A stretch of 64,000 bases of DNA from an uncultured Lachnospiraceae bacterium (lineage in GTDB: Bacteria; Bacillota; Clostridia; Lachnospirales; Lachnospiraceae): the NCBI GenBank assembly GCA_910585545.1, contig CAJUFN010000005.1, positions 28,954-92,953 of the forward strand. The letters are read 5' to 3'. Below the pieces are notes generated by a model, which made no database searches, had not been told where the DNA came from, and worked only from the letters and a program-made list of their open reading frames with translations. Both the position numbers and the translations under genes were made by a program. Positions 38,152-49,220 of the stretch are shown piece after piece; position 1 is the stretch's first letter; each line of letters opens with the position of its first letter.

Positions 38152-39822
38152 TTACAAATCTTCTTCGCTGAAAGCTTCACTGATAGCAGCTCCCGGAGCC
38201 ACCATTGGCCACACTTTTTCATCACTGTCGATCATACAATCAATCACAACCGGTTTACCAAGTTCAAGTGCTTTTGCAAATACTTCCTTAAACTCATCTC
38301 TTGTGGAAGCTCTGAAACCAACTGCTCCCATAGCCTCTGCCAGTTTTACAAAATCAACTGCATCATTCAATACTGTTGCGGAGTATCTTTTTTCATAAAA
38401 CAATGTCTGCCATTGGCGTACCATACCAAGTACATGGTTATTTATCACAACTTGAATAATTGGAATCTGATGACGTACTGCTGTTGCAATCTCATTCATA
38501 TTCATACGGAAACATCCGTCTCCGGCAATATTCACTACTGTTTTTTCCGGCATTCCCATCTTTGCTCCAAGCGAAGCACCAAGACCATAGCCCATTGTTC
38601 CAAGTCCGCCTGATGTCAGAAACGTTCTCGGTTTTGTATATTTATAGAACTGCGCCGCCCACATCTGGTGCTGTCCTACTTCAGTACAGATAATCGCGTC
38701 TCCATTTGTCTGACGATAAATCTCTTCTATAACAAATGGTCCCGCAAGCACCTCCTCATGATAGGTCAACGGATATTTCTCTTTGTAATCTGCAATCTGC
38801 TGTTTCCAGTCTTTATGGTCTTGCTGCTCTATACGCGCATTCAAAATATCAAGTACCTGTTTCACATCACCGGTCACACTTGCATGAACCAAGATATTTT
38901 TATTAATCTCTGCCGGATCTATATCAATCTGCAAGATCTTTGCATGCTTTGCAAATTTTTTTGCATTTCCGGTCACACGGTCACTGAATCTGGCTCCAAT
39001 CACTACCAAAAGGTCACACTGACTTACCCCAAAGTTAGAAGCTTTCGTCCCATGCATCCCAAGCATTCCTGAATACAATTCATCCACTCCTGAGAAAGCT
39101 CCCTTTCCCATCAGGGAATCACACACCGGTGCATCCAGTTTATGTGCAAATTCGGTAACCTCTTTGCTGGCACCTGACAATACCGCGCCTCCTCCTACAA
39201 AGATATATGGTTTTTTAGACTTGGCAAGCAATCTTTCCGCTACTTCAATCTCTTCCATAGAAATCTTTGGCGTTTTTTCTTTCCAACTGCTTACATCCAT
39301 TTTCACATATTCTGTCTTATTTGCCGTCACATCCTTTGGAATATCAATAAGAACCGGTCCTGGACGGCCGCTTTTTGCAATCTTAAAAGCCTTTCTTATG
39401 GTATCGGCAAGCTGCGTCACATCTTTTACGATATAATTATGTTTTGTAATCGGCATAGTCACACCCGCAATGTCGATTTCCTGAAAACTATCTTTTCCAA
39501 GCAAAGATACGCCTACATTACAGGTAATCGCTACTACCGGTATGGAATCCATATAGGCAGTTGCAATACCTGTTACAAGATTGGTAGCTCCCGGTCCGCT
39601 TGTAGCAAAACACACACCGACTCTTCCTGTCGCTCTGGCATAACCGTCTGCCGCATGAGAAGCGCCCTGTTCATGGGAAGTCAGAATATGCTTAATCTCA
39701 CCCTGATGTTTATATAATGCATCATATACATTTAAAATCGCACCTCCCGGATAGCCAAACACAGTATCCACACCTTGCTCTTTTAAACACTCTATTACAA
39801 TTTCTGCGCCTGTTAACTGCAT
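38152..39822 (-). CDS. ilvB: Acetolactate synthase large subunit (biosynthetic type)
   Basis: It has a ThDP enzyme N-terminus (VFGYPGGAILNVYDAL) and the ThDP motif GDGCFRMNMNE...NN. Confidence 0.9.
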   Translation of the reverse strand: MQLTGAEIVIECLKEQGVDTVFGYPGGAILNVYDALYKHQGEIKHILTSHEQGASHAADGYARATGRVGVCFATSGPGATNLVTGIATAYMDSIPVVAITCNVGVSLLGKDSFQEIDIAGVTMPITKHNYIVKDVTQLADTIRKAFKIAKSGRPGPVLIDIPKDVTANKTEYVKMDVSSWKEKTPKISMEEIEVAERLLAKSKKPYIFVGGGAVLSGASKEVTEFAHKLDAPVCDSLMGKGAFSGVDELYSGMLGMHGTKASNFGVSQCDLLVVIGARFSDRVTGNAKKFAKHAKILQIDIDPAEINKNILVHASVTGDVKQVLDILNARIEQQDHKDWKQQIADYKEKYPLTYHEEVLAGPFVIEEIYRQTNGDAIICTEVGQHQMWAAQFYKYTKPRTFLTSGGLGTMGYGLGASLGAKMGMPEKTVVNIAGDGCFRMNMNEIATAVRHQIPIIQVVINNHVLGMVRQWQTLFYEKRYSATVLNDAVDFVKLAEAMGAVGFRASTRDEFKEVFAKALELGKPVVIDCMIDSDEKVWPMVAPGAAISEAFSEEDL

Positions 39823-39875
39823 ATCATTCTCCTCTTTTATGTATTTTTTCTTACTATATTTTTATTTCTGTATTT

Positions 39876-41549
39876 CTATTTTCCTTCCGGAATCTGCAAT
39901 ACAGCACCTCTGTTACCAGATGTTACCAAAGAAGCATACCTTGCCAGATATCCGGTTGTTACTTTTGGCTGTTTCGGTGTCCACTGCTCTTTTCTTCTGG
40001 CAAGCACATCTTCCGGCACATCTAATTCTAATTTCAGATTCGGAATGTCAATCTTGATGATATCGCCTTCTTCCACAAGCGCGATCGGACCGCCGACTGC
40101 CGCTTCCGGAGACACATGTCCGATAGAAGCGCCTCTTGACGCACCGCTGAATCTGCCGTCTGTAATAAGCGCAACACTGGAACCAAGACCCATGCCCGCA
40201 ATGGCTGATGTCGGATTTAACATCTCACGCATACCCGGACCACCTTTTGGACCTTCATAGCGAATTACAACAACATCTCCGGCTACGATTTTTCCACTCT
40301 TGATTGCATCGATCGCATCTTCTTCACAGTCAAATACTCTTGCCGGACCTTCATGTACCATCATCTCTTCTACCACTGCTGAACGTTTTACCACACTTCC
40401 GTCCGGTGCAAGATTTCCTTTTAATACTGCGAGTCCGCCGGTTTCACTATATGGATTTTCAATCGGACGAATAACATTCGGATCTTTATTCACTGCATCT
40501 TTAATATTTTCTCCAAGAGTCTTACCGGTTACCGTCATGCAGTCTGTATGAAGCAATCCTTTTTTATCCAACTCTTTCATAACTGCTGACACACCGCCTG
40601 CTTCATTAAGATCTTCCATATAAGTCGGACCTGCCGGTGCAAGATGACAAAGGTTTGGAGTCTTTTCACTGATCGGATTTGCAAAATCAATCTCAAAATC
40701 CATTCCAATCTCATGTGCGATCGCAGGAATGTGAAGCATACTGTTCGTAGAACATCCAAGTGCCATATCCACTGTCAGCGCATTTAAAATAGCATCCTGT
40801 GTCATAATATCTCTTGGGCGGATATTCCTTCTATACATTTCCATCACCTGCATACCCGCATGTTTTGCAAGACGAATACGTTCAGAATATACTGCCGGAA
40901 TCGTTCCGTTGCCCGGAAGTCCCATACCAAGCACCTCAGTAAGACAGTTCATACTATTCGCCGTATACATGCCAGAGCAGGAACCGCATGTCGGACATGC
41001 CTTATTTTCAAATTCTGTTACATCTTCCTCACTCATCGTGCCTGCCGCATAGGAACCAACTGCCTCAAACATACTGGAAAGGCTTGTCTTATGACCTTTT
41101 ACATGTCCTGCAAGCATCGGACCTCCGCTTACGAAAACTGTCGGCACGTTAATTCTTGCCGCCGCCATCAAAAGCCCCGGTACATTCTTATCACAGTTTG
41201 GAATCATCACAAGGGCATCAAACTGATGTGCTAATGCCATTGCTTCTGTAGAATCTGCAATCAAATCTCTTGTTACCAGAGAATATTTCATACCAATATG
41301 TCCCATTGCAATTCCGTCACAGACAGCGATCGCCGGGAACATGACCGGTGTTCCACCTGCCATAGCAACACCCATTTTTACGGCATTTGCGATTTTATCA
41401 AGGTTCATATGTCCTGGCACGATTTCATTATAGGAACATACAATCCCAACTAATGGTTTTTCCAATTCTTCTTTTGTATAACCAAGCGCATTAAACAAAG
41501 AACGATGCGGCGCTTGCTGCACACCTTTTGTTACGGTATCACTTTTCAT
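39876..41549 (-). CDS. ilvD: Dihydroxy-acid dehydratase
   Basis: Motifs [23 protein letters not shown] and LITDGRFSG are present. Confidence 0.93.
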   Translation of the reverse strand: MKSDTVTKGVQQAPHRSLFNALGYTKEELEKPLVGIVCSYNEIVPGHMNLDKIANAVKMGVAMAGGTPVMFPAIAVCDGIAMGHIGMKYSLVTRDLIADSTEAMALAHQFDALVMIPNCDKNVPGLLMAAARINVPTVFVSGGPMLAGHVKGHKTSLSSMFEAVGSYAAGTMSEEDVTEFENKACPTCGSCSGMYTANSMNCLTEVLGMGLPGNGTIPAVYSERIRLAKHAGMQVMEMYRRNIRPRDIMTQDAILNALTVDMALGCSTNSMLHIPAIAHEIGMDFEIDFANPISEKTPNLCHLAPAGPTYMEDLNEAGGVSAVMKELDKKGLLHTDCMTVTGKTLGENIKDAVNKDPNVIRPIENPYSETGGLAVLKGNLAPDGSVVKRSAVVEEMMVHEGPARVFDCEEDAIDAIKSGKIVAGDVVVIRYEGPKGGPGMREMLNPTSAIAGMGLGSSVALITDGRFSGASRGASIGHVSPEAAVGGPIALVEEGDIIKIDIPNLKLELDVPEDVLARRKEQWTPKQPKVTTGYLARYASLVTSGNRGAVLQIPEGK

Positions 41550-41587
41550 TGTTTATCCTTCTTTCTATAATAATTATAATAGTATGA

Positions 41588-42673
41588 TTATTGTATTCTT
41601 TCACAGATCAAATCACCCATTTTAGCTGTTCCAATCTGCTCTTTTCCTTCTGACATAATATCAATCGTGCGGTAACCATCTTTCAACACCAGATCTACTG
41701 CTTTCTCAATCGCATCTGCCTCTTTGTCAAGATCAAAGGAAAATCGCAGCATCATTGCCGCTGAGAGAATCGTTGCGATTGGATTCGCAATGCCTTTTCC
41801 CGCGATATCCGGTGCCGAACCGCCGCTTGGCTCATACAATCCAAACTTCGTCTCATTCAAGCTTGCAGATGCAAGCATTCCGATCGAACCGGTCACCATG
41901 CTGGCTTCATCAGATAAAATATCCCCAAACATATTCTCGGTTAAAATTACGTCAAACTGTTTCGGATTTTTTACAAGCTGCATTGCACAGTTATCGACAA
42001 GCATATTTTCCAAAGTCACCTCCGGATAATCCTTTGCCACTTCCTCTGTCACTTTTCTCCAAAGTCTGGAAGAATCAAGTACATTTGCCTTATCGACACT
42101 AGTCACTTTTTTACTGCGTTTCATGGCAATATCAAACGCCCTTTTTGCAATTCTTCTAATCTCAGTTTCGCTATATGTCAACGAATCATATGCGGTCATC
42201 ACACCGGCTTCTTCTACCGTTTTACGCTCTCCGAAATATAATCCTCCGGTAAGCTCACGCATGATCATCATGTCGAATCCGCCTTCTGTAAGCTCTTCTT
42301 TCAAAGGACAAGCGCCTTTTAATTCATCATAAAGCACTGCCGGACGTAAGTTTGCAAATAAATTCAACGCTTTTCGAATTGCAAGAAGACCTGCTTCCGG
42401 TCTCTTTGACGGTTCTAACTGATACCACGGCGATGTCTTTGCATCCCCCCCGATGGAACCCATAAGCACCGCATCGCATGATTTTGCCTTCTCTATCGTT
42501 TCATCCGTAAGAGGAACTCCGTGTACATCAATGGATGCTCCTCCCAGCAATAATTCTTCAAACGAATATGTATGCCCATAAACTTCTCCTACTCTATTCA
42601 AGACTTTGACTGCTTCTGTCACAATCTCCGGACCGATTCCGTCCCCTCTTATCACGCCTATATGAAGCTGCAT
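41588..42673 (-). CDS. leuB: 3-isopropylmalate dehydrogenase
   Basis: Motifs [13 protein letters not shown] and [12 protein letters not shown] are present. The start is placed at MQLHIGV (RBS GAAAGGAA). The longest ORF reaches 42694. Confidence 0.9.
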   Translation of the reverse strand: MQLHIGVIRGDGIGPEIVTEAVKVLNRVGEVYGHTYSFEELLLGGASIDVHGVPLTDETIEKAKSCDAVLMGSIGGDAKTSPWYQLEPSKRPEAGLLAIRKALNLFANLRPAVLYDELKGACPLKEELTEGGFDMMIMRELTGGLYFGERKTVEEAGVMTAYDSLTYSETEIRRIAKRAFDIAMKRSKKVTSVDKANVLDSSRLWRKVTEEVAKDYPEVTLENMLVDNCAMQLVKNPKQFDVILTENMFGDILSDEASMVTGSIGMLASASLNETKFGLYEPSGGSAPDIAGKGIANPIATILSAAMMLRFSFDLDKEADAIEKAVDLVLKDGYRTIDIMSEGKEQIGTAKMGDLICERIQ

Positions 42674-42706
42674 ATTTATCATTCCTTTCAACACTATATA
42701 CGCAAT

Positions 42707-42735
42707 ATATTAACTCATTTTTATATTCATTTCAA
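42707..42735 (-). promoter_or_regulatory. Candidate promoter of leuB-ilvD-ilvB
   Basis: The minus strand reads TTGAAA, a 17-nt spacer, then TAATAT, about 30 nt upstream of the leuB start. No attenuator or T-box fits in the remaining leader. Confidence 0.45.
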
Positions 42736-42829
42736 CCTTTTAGCATGCAAAAGCGAAGATACATCAAGCACAGATTATCTTCACACAATACGAAAGGATG
42801 TGCTTTCACACATCCTCATTGTCAAACTA

Positions 42830-43129
42830 TTATTCTGGTTTTTCCACCTGCGCGATTGCTGCTTTCTGCATCGGGATACGGCAGTTTTTGTTGCTTCCGA
42901 ATTCTACGATCACATCTTCGTCTGTGATATCGATAATTACTCCATAAAATCCGCTGGTTGTAAGAACTGTATCGCCTACTTCCAGAGAAGAAATCATTCC
43001 CTGAACTCTTTTCTGTTCTTTTCTCTGCGGACGGATTAAAAAGAAGTACAAGCCTCCGAATAATAAGGCATATACTATTACGATCACTCCCATACTCATC
43101 GTTCCCTGAGCTGCTAACACTGCATTCAT
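42830..43129 (-). CDS. yajC: Preprotein translocase subunit YajC
   Basis: Motifs LIRPQRKEQKR and GDTVLTTSGFYGVI are present with a single TM. The start is at MNAVLAAQ (RBS AGGAGG, 8-nt spacing). The longest ORF reaches 43195. Confidence 0.85.
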   Translation of the reverse strand: MNAVLAAQGTMSMGVIVIVYALLFGGLYFFLIRPQRKEQKRVQGMISSLEVGDTVLTTSGFYGVIIDITDEDVIVEFGSNKNCRIPMQKAAIAQVEKPE

Positions 43130-43248
43130 ACTTTTATTCCTCCTACAATTATCCTGGTCAGTCGCTATTTCGCTATTCAATAAAACATAATACACAATTT
43201 TTACTATGACATCAAGTATAAATATGTTTTTTCATAAATTCTTTACAC

Positions 43249-44382
43249 TTAGCTGTTTTCTCCAGCCATTCTTTTAAGCTTCGCTTCCTTATAAGCCCTA
43301 TAGTCTCCTGCTTCAATCGCTGCTCTGATTTCTTCCATCATCGTATTGTAGAAATACAGATTATGCAATACGCAAAGCCGCATCCCGAGCATCTCTTTTG
43401 CCTTTAACAAATGCCTGATATATGCTCTGCTGTAGCTTCTGCATGCCGGGCAGCCGCAGCCTTCTTCAATAGGACGCTCATCCAGTTCATATTTTGCATT
43501 GAAAAGATTCAATTTACCCTGATTGGTATAGACATGACCGTGACGGCCGTTTCTGCTTGGATATACGCAATCAAAGAAATCTACGCCGCGCTCCACTGCT
43601 TCTAAAATATTCGCCGGAGTTCCGACCCCCATAAGATAAGTCGGTTTCTCTTGCGGAAGATATGGAACGACTGCATCTAATATACGGTACATTTCCTCAT
43701 GCGACTCTCCTACGGCTAACCCGCCAATTGCATATCCATCCAAATCAAGTTTGGCAATTTCTTTCGCATGCGCAATACGGATATCCTCATAAATACCACC
43801 CTGATTAATGCCGAACAAAAGCTGATGTCTGTTAATCGTATCCTCAAGTCCGTTAAGTCTTTTCATTTCCTCTTTACATCTTACGAGCCATCTTGTCGTT
43901 CTGGAAACGGAATCTTCCATATATTTTCTTGTCGCTACACTTGAAGGACACTCATCAAATGCCATTGCGATCGTAGATGCAAGATTGGATTGAATCTGCA
44001 TGCTCTCTTCCGGTCCCATGAAAATCTTTTTCCCGTCAATATGCGAATTGAAATATACGCCCTCTTCTTTGATCTTTCGAAGTCCGGCGAGCGAAAACAC
44101 CTGAAATCCGCCTGAATCCGTAAGTACCGGCTTATCCCAATTCATGAATTTGTGGATTCCGCCAAGTTTCTTTACTACCATATCCCCCGGTCTTACATGG
44201 AGATGATAGGTATTGGACAGTTCCACCTGCGTTTTTATATTCTGAAGATCATCGGTCGAAACGGCTCCTTTGATCGCTGCCGCAGTGCCGACATTCATAA
44301 ATACAGGAGTCTCAATGACTCCATGTACTGTCTCCAACCTGCCACGTTTTGCAAGTCCATCTTTCTTTATTAATTGATACAT
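43249..44382 (-). CDS. tgt: Queuine tRNA-ribosyltransferase
   Basis: Motifs TPVFMNVGT, LTDSGGFQV and the Zn site CGCPAC...H are present. Confidence 0.93.
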   Translation of the reverse strand: MYQLIKKDGLAKRGRLETVHGVIETPVFMNVGTAAAIKGAVSTDDLQNIKTQVELSNTYHLHVRPGDMVVKKLGGIHKFMNWDKPVLTDSGGFQVFSLAGLRKIKEEGVYFNSHIDGKKIFMGPEESMQIQSNLASTIAMAFDECPSSVATRKYMEDSVSRTTRWLVRCKEEMKRLNGLEDTINRHQLLFGINQGGIYEDIRIAHAKEIAKLDLDGYAIGGLAVGESHEEMYRILDAVVPYLPQEKPTYLMGVGTPANILEAVERGVDFFDCVYPSRNGRHGHVYTNQGKLNLFNAKYELDERPIEEGCGCPACRSYSRAYIRHLLKAKEMLGMRLCVLHNLYFYNTMMEEIRAAIEAGDYRAYKEAKLKRMAGENS

Positions 44383-44409
44383 ATTATTCCTTATACCTCA
44401 TCTGAATTT

Positions 44410-46035
44410 TTAGTAATGTATGATAACCGGTGTATGATAATCAATCAGATTATACAGCTGCGCTGCTGCTGTCGGCGGCATATTAATACATCCATGAGAA
44501 CCTTTTGTCTTATAAAGCTCTCCTCCAAACGCCGGCTGCCAGCCTGCATCATGAAATCCGATCCCGGTCCACGTAACACGCATCCAGTAATCTACCGGAG
44601 TCTCATAAGAATAAGTACCGTCCGGTAATTTCTCACCTCTTAACGTCTTGTTTTTCTTCATTTCCAGTATATCGTATACTCCTTCTGGTGTAATGCGTTC
44701 CGGAATCGGCAGCCCGGTAACAACCGCGCTTTCAAACGCTACTCCTCCATCTTTGACATACCACATATACTGTGTACTCAAATCCACTTCCAAATAAGTA
44801 TTACCCCAATCCTGTGCGCCATGAGTGGCTGCCGACTGTGCGTATTCCGGCGTCCTTTCTGTCACTTCGCCGCCTTTAATACTATTGATAAGAGCATTGC
44901 ATTCCGCATCACGGTCAATTTTCCATCCATAGGTACCGCCGGATACTTCTGCCGTTTTCCCCGTTGGCGTTGTGATAGAACGTGTCTTTCCTACCGTATT
45001 ATACTGTCCGCAGAATTCGTCTATAAAAGCCCCCACTGCTTCTGTATTAAATACCGGCGCCATATTTGCATCCACACTTAACCACTCTGCAATCTTTATC
45101 TTGTCCACGACAATCGGATCTGCGCCTTCTAACTTGTATGTAATACTCGCTTTTAAGTACTGATTCATACTGTCTTTCGCTGCAATAACCTCTTTTGATT
45201 CAGACGTAAATTTTGGAACAATATAGCAACCCTCTTCTGCCATATTCAAATCTGTTCTGAATTCCGAGATATACTGCTGTACTTTCGCCGTAAAGTTTTC
45301 CTGATGAATCTGTGTTCCTACAACTTCCGGCTCCACCGCAAACTCGGTACCGTTAAACTTCGGATGTGCATCTACGGATGCCAGCTGATTTTCTGCCTTC
45401 ATACATTCCAAAGCAGCCATCTTCTCAGTCAGACTCTCCTGATTATATTCTACTCCTACTTCGACTTCTCGCTCGGATTCTTTCCATAAAGATACCGGCC
45501 ATAAAAATGGATTCTGGTCATCCATGATTTTATTCAGCTCTTTTTTTTCTTTGTCCTTGGTATATTTGATACCGATATCTTTCCCATTCACTTGTTCTTC
45601 TTTTCCATTGGCTTCATGCAATGTCAGAACATAATTATCAACCTTACTTTCCAGATATGCCTCTACTTCCTCGATGCTTTTTCCCGAAAAATCTTTGCCA
45701 TTAATCTCTGTAGAAAAATAAAAATGGCTTTGGAAGAACAAAGCTAATCCCAGATAAGCGGCTGCGATCACTGCCAAAAGGCTTGTGCATATGATCAATG
45801 TAGTCTTTTTTCGTTTTTTTCTCTTTCTTAAGCGCTCCATCTCACACTCACTGTCATCCTGTTCTTCGTATTCGTCTTCATACTCATCGATGTCATCTAC
45901 TTCGATATCTTCATACTCTTCAATGTCTTCTACTTCGATGTCTTCATACTCGTCATCAGCTTCGTATTCATCTTCATACTCGTCACCGTAACTATCATAG
46001 ATTTCAAGTTCAGTTTTCTCTGTTTTTTTACTCAT
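44410..46035 (-). CDS. L,D-transpeptidase (YkuD domain) with a poly-acidic N-terminal tail and one TM
   Basis: The C-terminus has the YkuD catalytic motif GSHGCINMPP. The N-terminal ~65 aa are D/E/Y repeats (EDIEVEDIEEYEDIEVDDIDEYEDEYE), followed by KRKKRKK and a TM helix. Confidence 0.8.
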   Translation of the reverse strand: MSKKTEKTELEIYDSYGDEYEDEYEADDEYEDIEVEDIEEYEDIEVDDIDEYEDEYEEQDDSECEMERLRKRKKRKKTTLIICTSLLAVIAAAYLGLALFFQSHFYFSTEINGKDFSGKSIEEVEAYLESKVDNYVLTLHEANGKEEQVNGKDIGIKYTKDKEKKELNKIMDDQNPFLWPVSLWKESEREVEVGVEYNQESLTEKMAALECMKAENQLASVDAHPKFNGTEFAVEPEVVGTQIHQENFTAKVQQYISEFRTDLNMAEEGCYIVPKFTSESKEVIAAKDSMNQYLKASITYKLEGADPIVVDKIKIAEWLSVDANMAPVFNTEAVGAFIDEFCGQYNTVGKTRSITTPTGKTAEVSGGTYGWKIDRDAECNALINSIKGGEVTERTPEYAQSAATHGAQDWGNTYLEVDLSTQYMWYVKDGGVAFESAVVTGLPIPERITPEGVYDILEMKKNKTLRGEKLPDGTYSYETPVDYWMRVTWTGIGFHDAGWQPAFGGELYKTKGSHGCINMPPTAAAQLYNLIDYHTPVIIHY

Positions 46036-46113
46036 TATATACTCCCTTTTTACTCATTGCTGTACCTTTTGATTATAATATAACCTTCTTTAAAAGTACA
46101 GAGAAAAATAAGA

Positions 46114-46142
46114 TTGCACCTTTTTTTCTATTCCTATATAAT
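46114..46142 (+). promoter_or_regulatory. Candidate aroC-pot promoter
   Basis: The pattern is TTGCAC (46114-46119), a 17-nt spacer, then TATAAT (46137-46142). Confidence 0.45.
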
Positions 46143-46149
46143 AGGAATA
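46129..46149. promoter_or_regulatory. Perfect 9-3-9 palindrome overlapping the aroC -10 box (candidate operator)
   Basis: The sequence is TATTCCTAT-ATA-ATAGGAATA. The TATAAT -10 box lies inside it. Confidence 0.35.
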
Positions 46150-46217
46150 ACGGTTTTTAAATATATAACATATAAAACAACTATTTTACAAAAATTTTAT
46201 AGAAAAGAGGAATGCCT

Positions 46218-47321
46218 ATGTCAGGTTCTATCTTCGGAAATCATTTTCGAATCACTACCTGGGGAGAATCCCACGGCCCTGCGATCGGTGTTGTCATTGA
46301 CGGCTGCCCTGCAGGACTTGCTTTGTCCACAGAGGATATTCAGCCTTTCCTGGACCGCAGAAAGCCTGGACAAAGTAAATATACAACAAAACGAAATGAA
46401 AGTGAGCAGATCCAGATTCTATCTGGTATTTTTGAAGGAAAAACCACCGGAACTCCAATTTCTTTGATTGTATACAATCAAGATCAGCGTTCCAAGGATT
46501 ATAAAAATCTTGCCGCCACTTACCGTCCGGGACATGCCGACTATACTTTTGATGCCAAGTACGGTTTTCGCGATTACCGCGGCGGCGGACGTTCTTCCGG
46601 ACGCGAGACCATCGGCCGTGTCGCTGCCGGTGCAATTGCTTCCAAAATTTTGCATACACTTGGTATTACAATACAAGCATATACGAAGGCAATCGGACCT
46701 TATAGTATTGCCCCATCGGATTATCATTTTGATGAAATCAATCGTAATCCATTGTATATGCCAAATGCTCAGACTGCAAAAAAAGCAGAAGAATTTCTTT
46801 CTGACTGCATGGAGCAACAGGATTCGGCAGGCGGAGTAATCGAATGCCGGATAGAACATCTTCCCGTCGGGATTGGTGAACCGGTCTTTTCTAAACTGGA
46901 TGCCACTCTTGCAAAAGCAATCATGTCTATCGGCGCAGTAAAAGCGGTAGAGATTGGCGACGGATTTTCTGCCTCTTCTGCACTTGGGAGTCAGAATAAT
47001 GATGCTTTCTGCCTGGACAAAAACGGTCATATCAGCAAAAGCACCAATCATTCCGGTGGTATCTTAGGTGGTATGAGCGATGGTGACACTGTAATTTTAC
47101 GTGCCGCTTTCAAACCCACTCCTTCGATTGCCAAGGTTCAAAATACCGTTACGAAGCAAGGAGAAGCAACAACGTTATCAATCACAGGACGGCATGACCC
47201 TGTCATCGTTCCAAGAGCAGTCGTAGTGGTAGAATCCATGGCGGCACTCACTGTTTTGGATCTTATGTTTTCTAATATGCATTCCAATCTGGATGGCATA
47301 TTAAATTTTTATAAAAAATAA
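46218..47321 (+). CDS. aroC: Chorismate synthase
   Basis: Motifs [18 protein letters not shown] and [10 protein letters not shown] are present. The start is at the second ATG (MSGSIFG), which gives proper spacing to AAGAGGAA. The ORF-track start is 46212. Confidence 0.9.
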   Translation: MSGSIFGNHFRITTWGESHGPAIGVVIDGCPAGLALSTEDIQPFLDRRKPGQSKYTTKRNESEQIQILSGIFEGKTTGTPISLIVYNQDQRSKDYKNLAATYRPGHADYTFDAKYGFRDYRGGGRSSGRETIGRVAAGAIASKILHTLGITIQAYTKAIGPYSIAPSDYHFDEINRNPLYMPNAQTAKKAEEFLSDCMEQQDSAGGVIECRIEHLPVGIGEPVFSKLDATLAKAIMSIGAVKAVEIGDGFSASSALGSQNNDAFCLDKNGHISKSTNHSGGILGGMSDGDTVILRAAFKPTPSIAKVQNTVTKQGEATTLSITGRHDPVIVPRAVVVVESMAALTVLDLMFSNMHSNLDGILNFYKK

Positions 47322-47341
47322 AACCTACGGAGGATAAGGAT

Positions 47342-48415
47342 ATGTCACACAAATTAATCGACCTTGTAAATATATCAAAGTCATACGGAGATAATCTCGT
47401 ATTGGACGAATTGAATCTTTATATCCGCGAAAATGAATTTTTAACCTTGCTTGGTCCAAGTGGCTGCGGAAAAACAACTCTTTTGCGTATTCTGGGTGGA
47501 TTTGAATCTCCGGATACGGGAAAGGTCATCTTCGACGGTGCAGATATTACAAGTCTTGCACCAAACAAGCGCCAACTTAATACCGTTTTCCAGAAATATG
47601 CACTTTTTACGCATATGACAATCGCAGAAAACATTGCGTTTGGCTTAAAAATCAAAGGCAAAACCAGGACATATATTAACGATAAAATCAAATACGCATT
47701 AAAGCTGGTAAATCTCGATGGTTTCGAGAATCGTATGCCCGACTCCTTAAGCGGGGGACAGCAGCAACGTATCGCAATTGCGCGTGCCATCGTAAATGAA
47801 CCAAAAGTTCTGCTTCTCGATGAACCTTTGGGCGCACTGGACTTAAAGCTGCGTCAGGATATGCAATACGAGCTAATCCGCCTGAAAAATGAACTTGGCA
47901 TTACATTCGTCTATGTCACCCATGATCAGGAAGAAGCTCTTACGATGTCCGATACCATCGTTGTCATGAATCAAGGCTATATTCAGCAGATTGGTACTCC
48001 GGAAGATATCTACAACGAACCGGAAAATGCCTTCGTTGCCGACTTTATCGGCGAGAGTAATATTCTTCCGGCAATCATGGTCGAAGATAAGCTTGTGAAA
48101 ATCCTTGGTGCAAACTTCCCTTGTGTGGACGTTGGCTTCGGCCGCAACAAACCAGTTGACGCAGTCATCCGACCAGAAGATATTGATTTGGTAAAACCGG
48201 AAGAAGGTATCATCGAAGGTGTTGTTACGCATCTTATCTTCAAAGGGGTACACTACGAGATGGAAGTTTCCGCCAATAATTATGACTGGCTTGTTCATAG
48301 TACAGACATGTTTCCGGTAGGTACACAGGTAGGCATCAAGGTAGACCCATTTGATATCCAGATCATGAAAAAACCAGAATCCGAAGATGAGGAGGCTGTT
48401 ATCATTGAAGAGTAA
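47342..48415 (+). CDS. potA: Spermidine/putrescine ABC transporter ATP-binding protein
   Basis: Walker A is GPSGCGKTT, the signature is LSGGQQQR and Walker B is LLLDEP. The C-terminus is a TOBE-like domain. Confidence 0.88.
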   Translation: MSHKLIDLVNISKSYGDNLVLDELNLYIRENEFLTLLGPSGCGKTTLLRILGGFESPDTGKVIFDGADITSLAPNKRQLNTVFQKYALFTHMTIAENIAFGLKIKGKTRTYINDKIKYALKLVNLDGFENRMPDSLSGGQQQRIAIARAIVNEPKVLLLDEPLGALDLKLRQDMQYELIRLKNELGITFVYVTHDQEEALTMSDTIVVMNQGYIQQIGTPEDIYNEPENAFVADFIGESNILPAIMVEDKLVKILGANFPCVDVGFGRNKPVDAVIRPEDIDLVKPEEGIIEGVVTHLIFKGVHYEMEVSANNYDWLVHSTDMFPVGTQVGIKVDPFDIQIMKKPESEDEEAVIIEE

Positions 48416-49220
48416 ACGTATCCTTAGCGGACCATACCTTTTTTGGGCAGTTTCCTTTATCATCATTCCGCTGCTTATGATCGTATATTACGGAATGACC
48501 AATCAGGACGGTGCCTTCACATGGATGAACCTTGCAAAAATCACAACGCCGGAGAACTTAAAGGCGCTTGGACTTGCTCTTTTATTGTCGTTTATCAGTA
48601 CGATCATCTGCCTTCTTATGGCTTATCCGCTTGCAATGATCCTATCAAAGATAAATGTCAATCAGACAAGCTTTGTTGTGTTGATTTTCATCCTGCCAAT
48701 GTGGATGAACTTTCTTTTACGCACATTGGCATGGCAGACTTTATTAGAAAAGAACGGTGTCATTAACGGCATCTTGTCTTTTTTTCATCTGCCTTCGCTT
48801 TCCATTATCAATACACCATACGCGATTATCCTTGGTATGGTTTATAATTTTCTGCCTTTTATGGTACTGCCAATCTACAACATCCTTGTTAAGATTGACA
48901 AAAATGTCATTGACGCCGCACTGGATTTGGGCGCCAGTAATTTTCAGACACTTACCAAGATCATCATTCCACTGTCTATTCCAGGTGTGATCAGCGGAAT
49001 TACAATGGTATTTGTTCCTGCACTTACTACATTTGTTATCTCAGATTTATTAGGCGGAAGTAAGATCCTTTTAATCGGTAATGTTATAGAACAGGAATTT
49101 AAACAAGGAAGCAACTGGCATGTAGGCAGCGGTCTTTCTCTTGTACTCATGATTTTTATCATCCTTAGCATGGCTTTAATTGCCAAATATGACAAAGATG
49201 GGGAGGGGAATGCATTCTAA
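48387..49220 (+). CDS. potB: Spermidine/putrescine ABC transporter permease
   Basis: It is a 6-TM permease with the EAA-type loop DAALDLGAS. An in-frame TTG at 48405 with GAGGAGG upstream is an alternative start. Confidence 0.85.
   Translation: MRRLLSLKSKRILSGPYLFWAVSFIIIPLLMIVYYGMTNQDGAFTWMNLAKITTPENLKALGLALLLSFISTIICLLMAYPLAMILSKINVNQTSFVVLIFILPMWMNFLLRTLAWQTLLEKNGVINGILSFFHLPSLSIINTPYAIILGMVYNFLPFMVLPIYNILVKIDKNVIDAALDLGASNFQTLTKIIIPLSIPGVISGITMVFVPALTTFVISDLLGGSKILLIGNVIEQEFKQGSNWHVGSGLSLVLMIFIILSMALIAKYDKDGEGNAF

Noticed and set aside
45840-45990. Short tandem DNA repeats that could be mistaken for a CRISPR-like or satellite array.
   Set aside because: They lie in frame within the 5' end of the L,D-transpeptidase gene and encode the acidic repeat tail. 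There is no repeat-spacer organisation. No CRISPR array was seen anywhere in the window.
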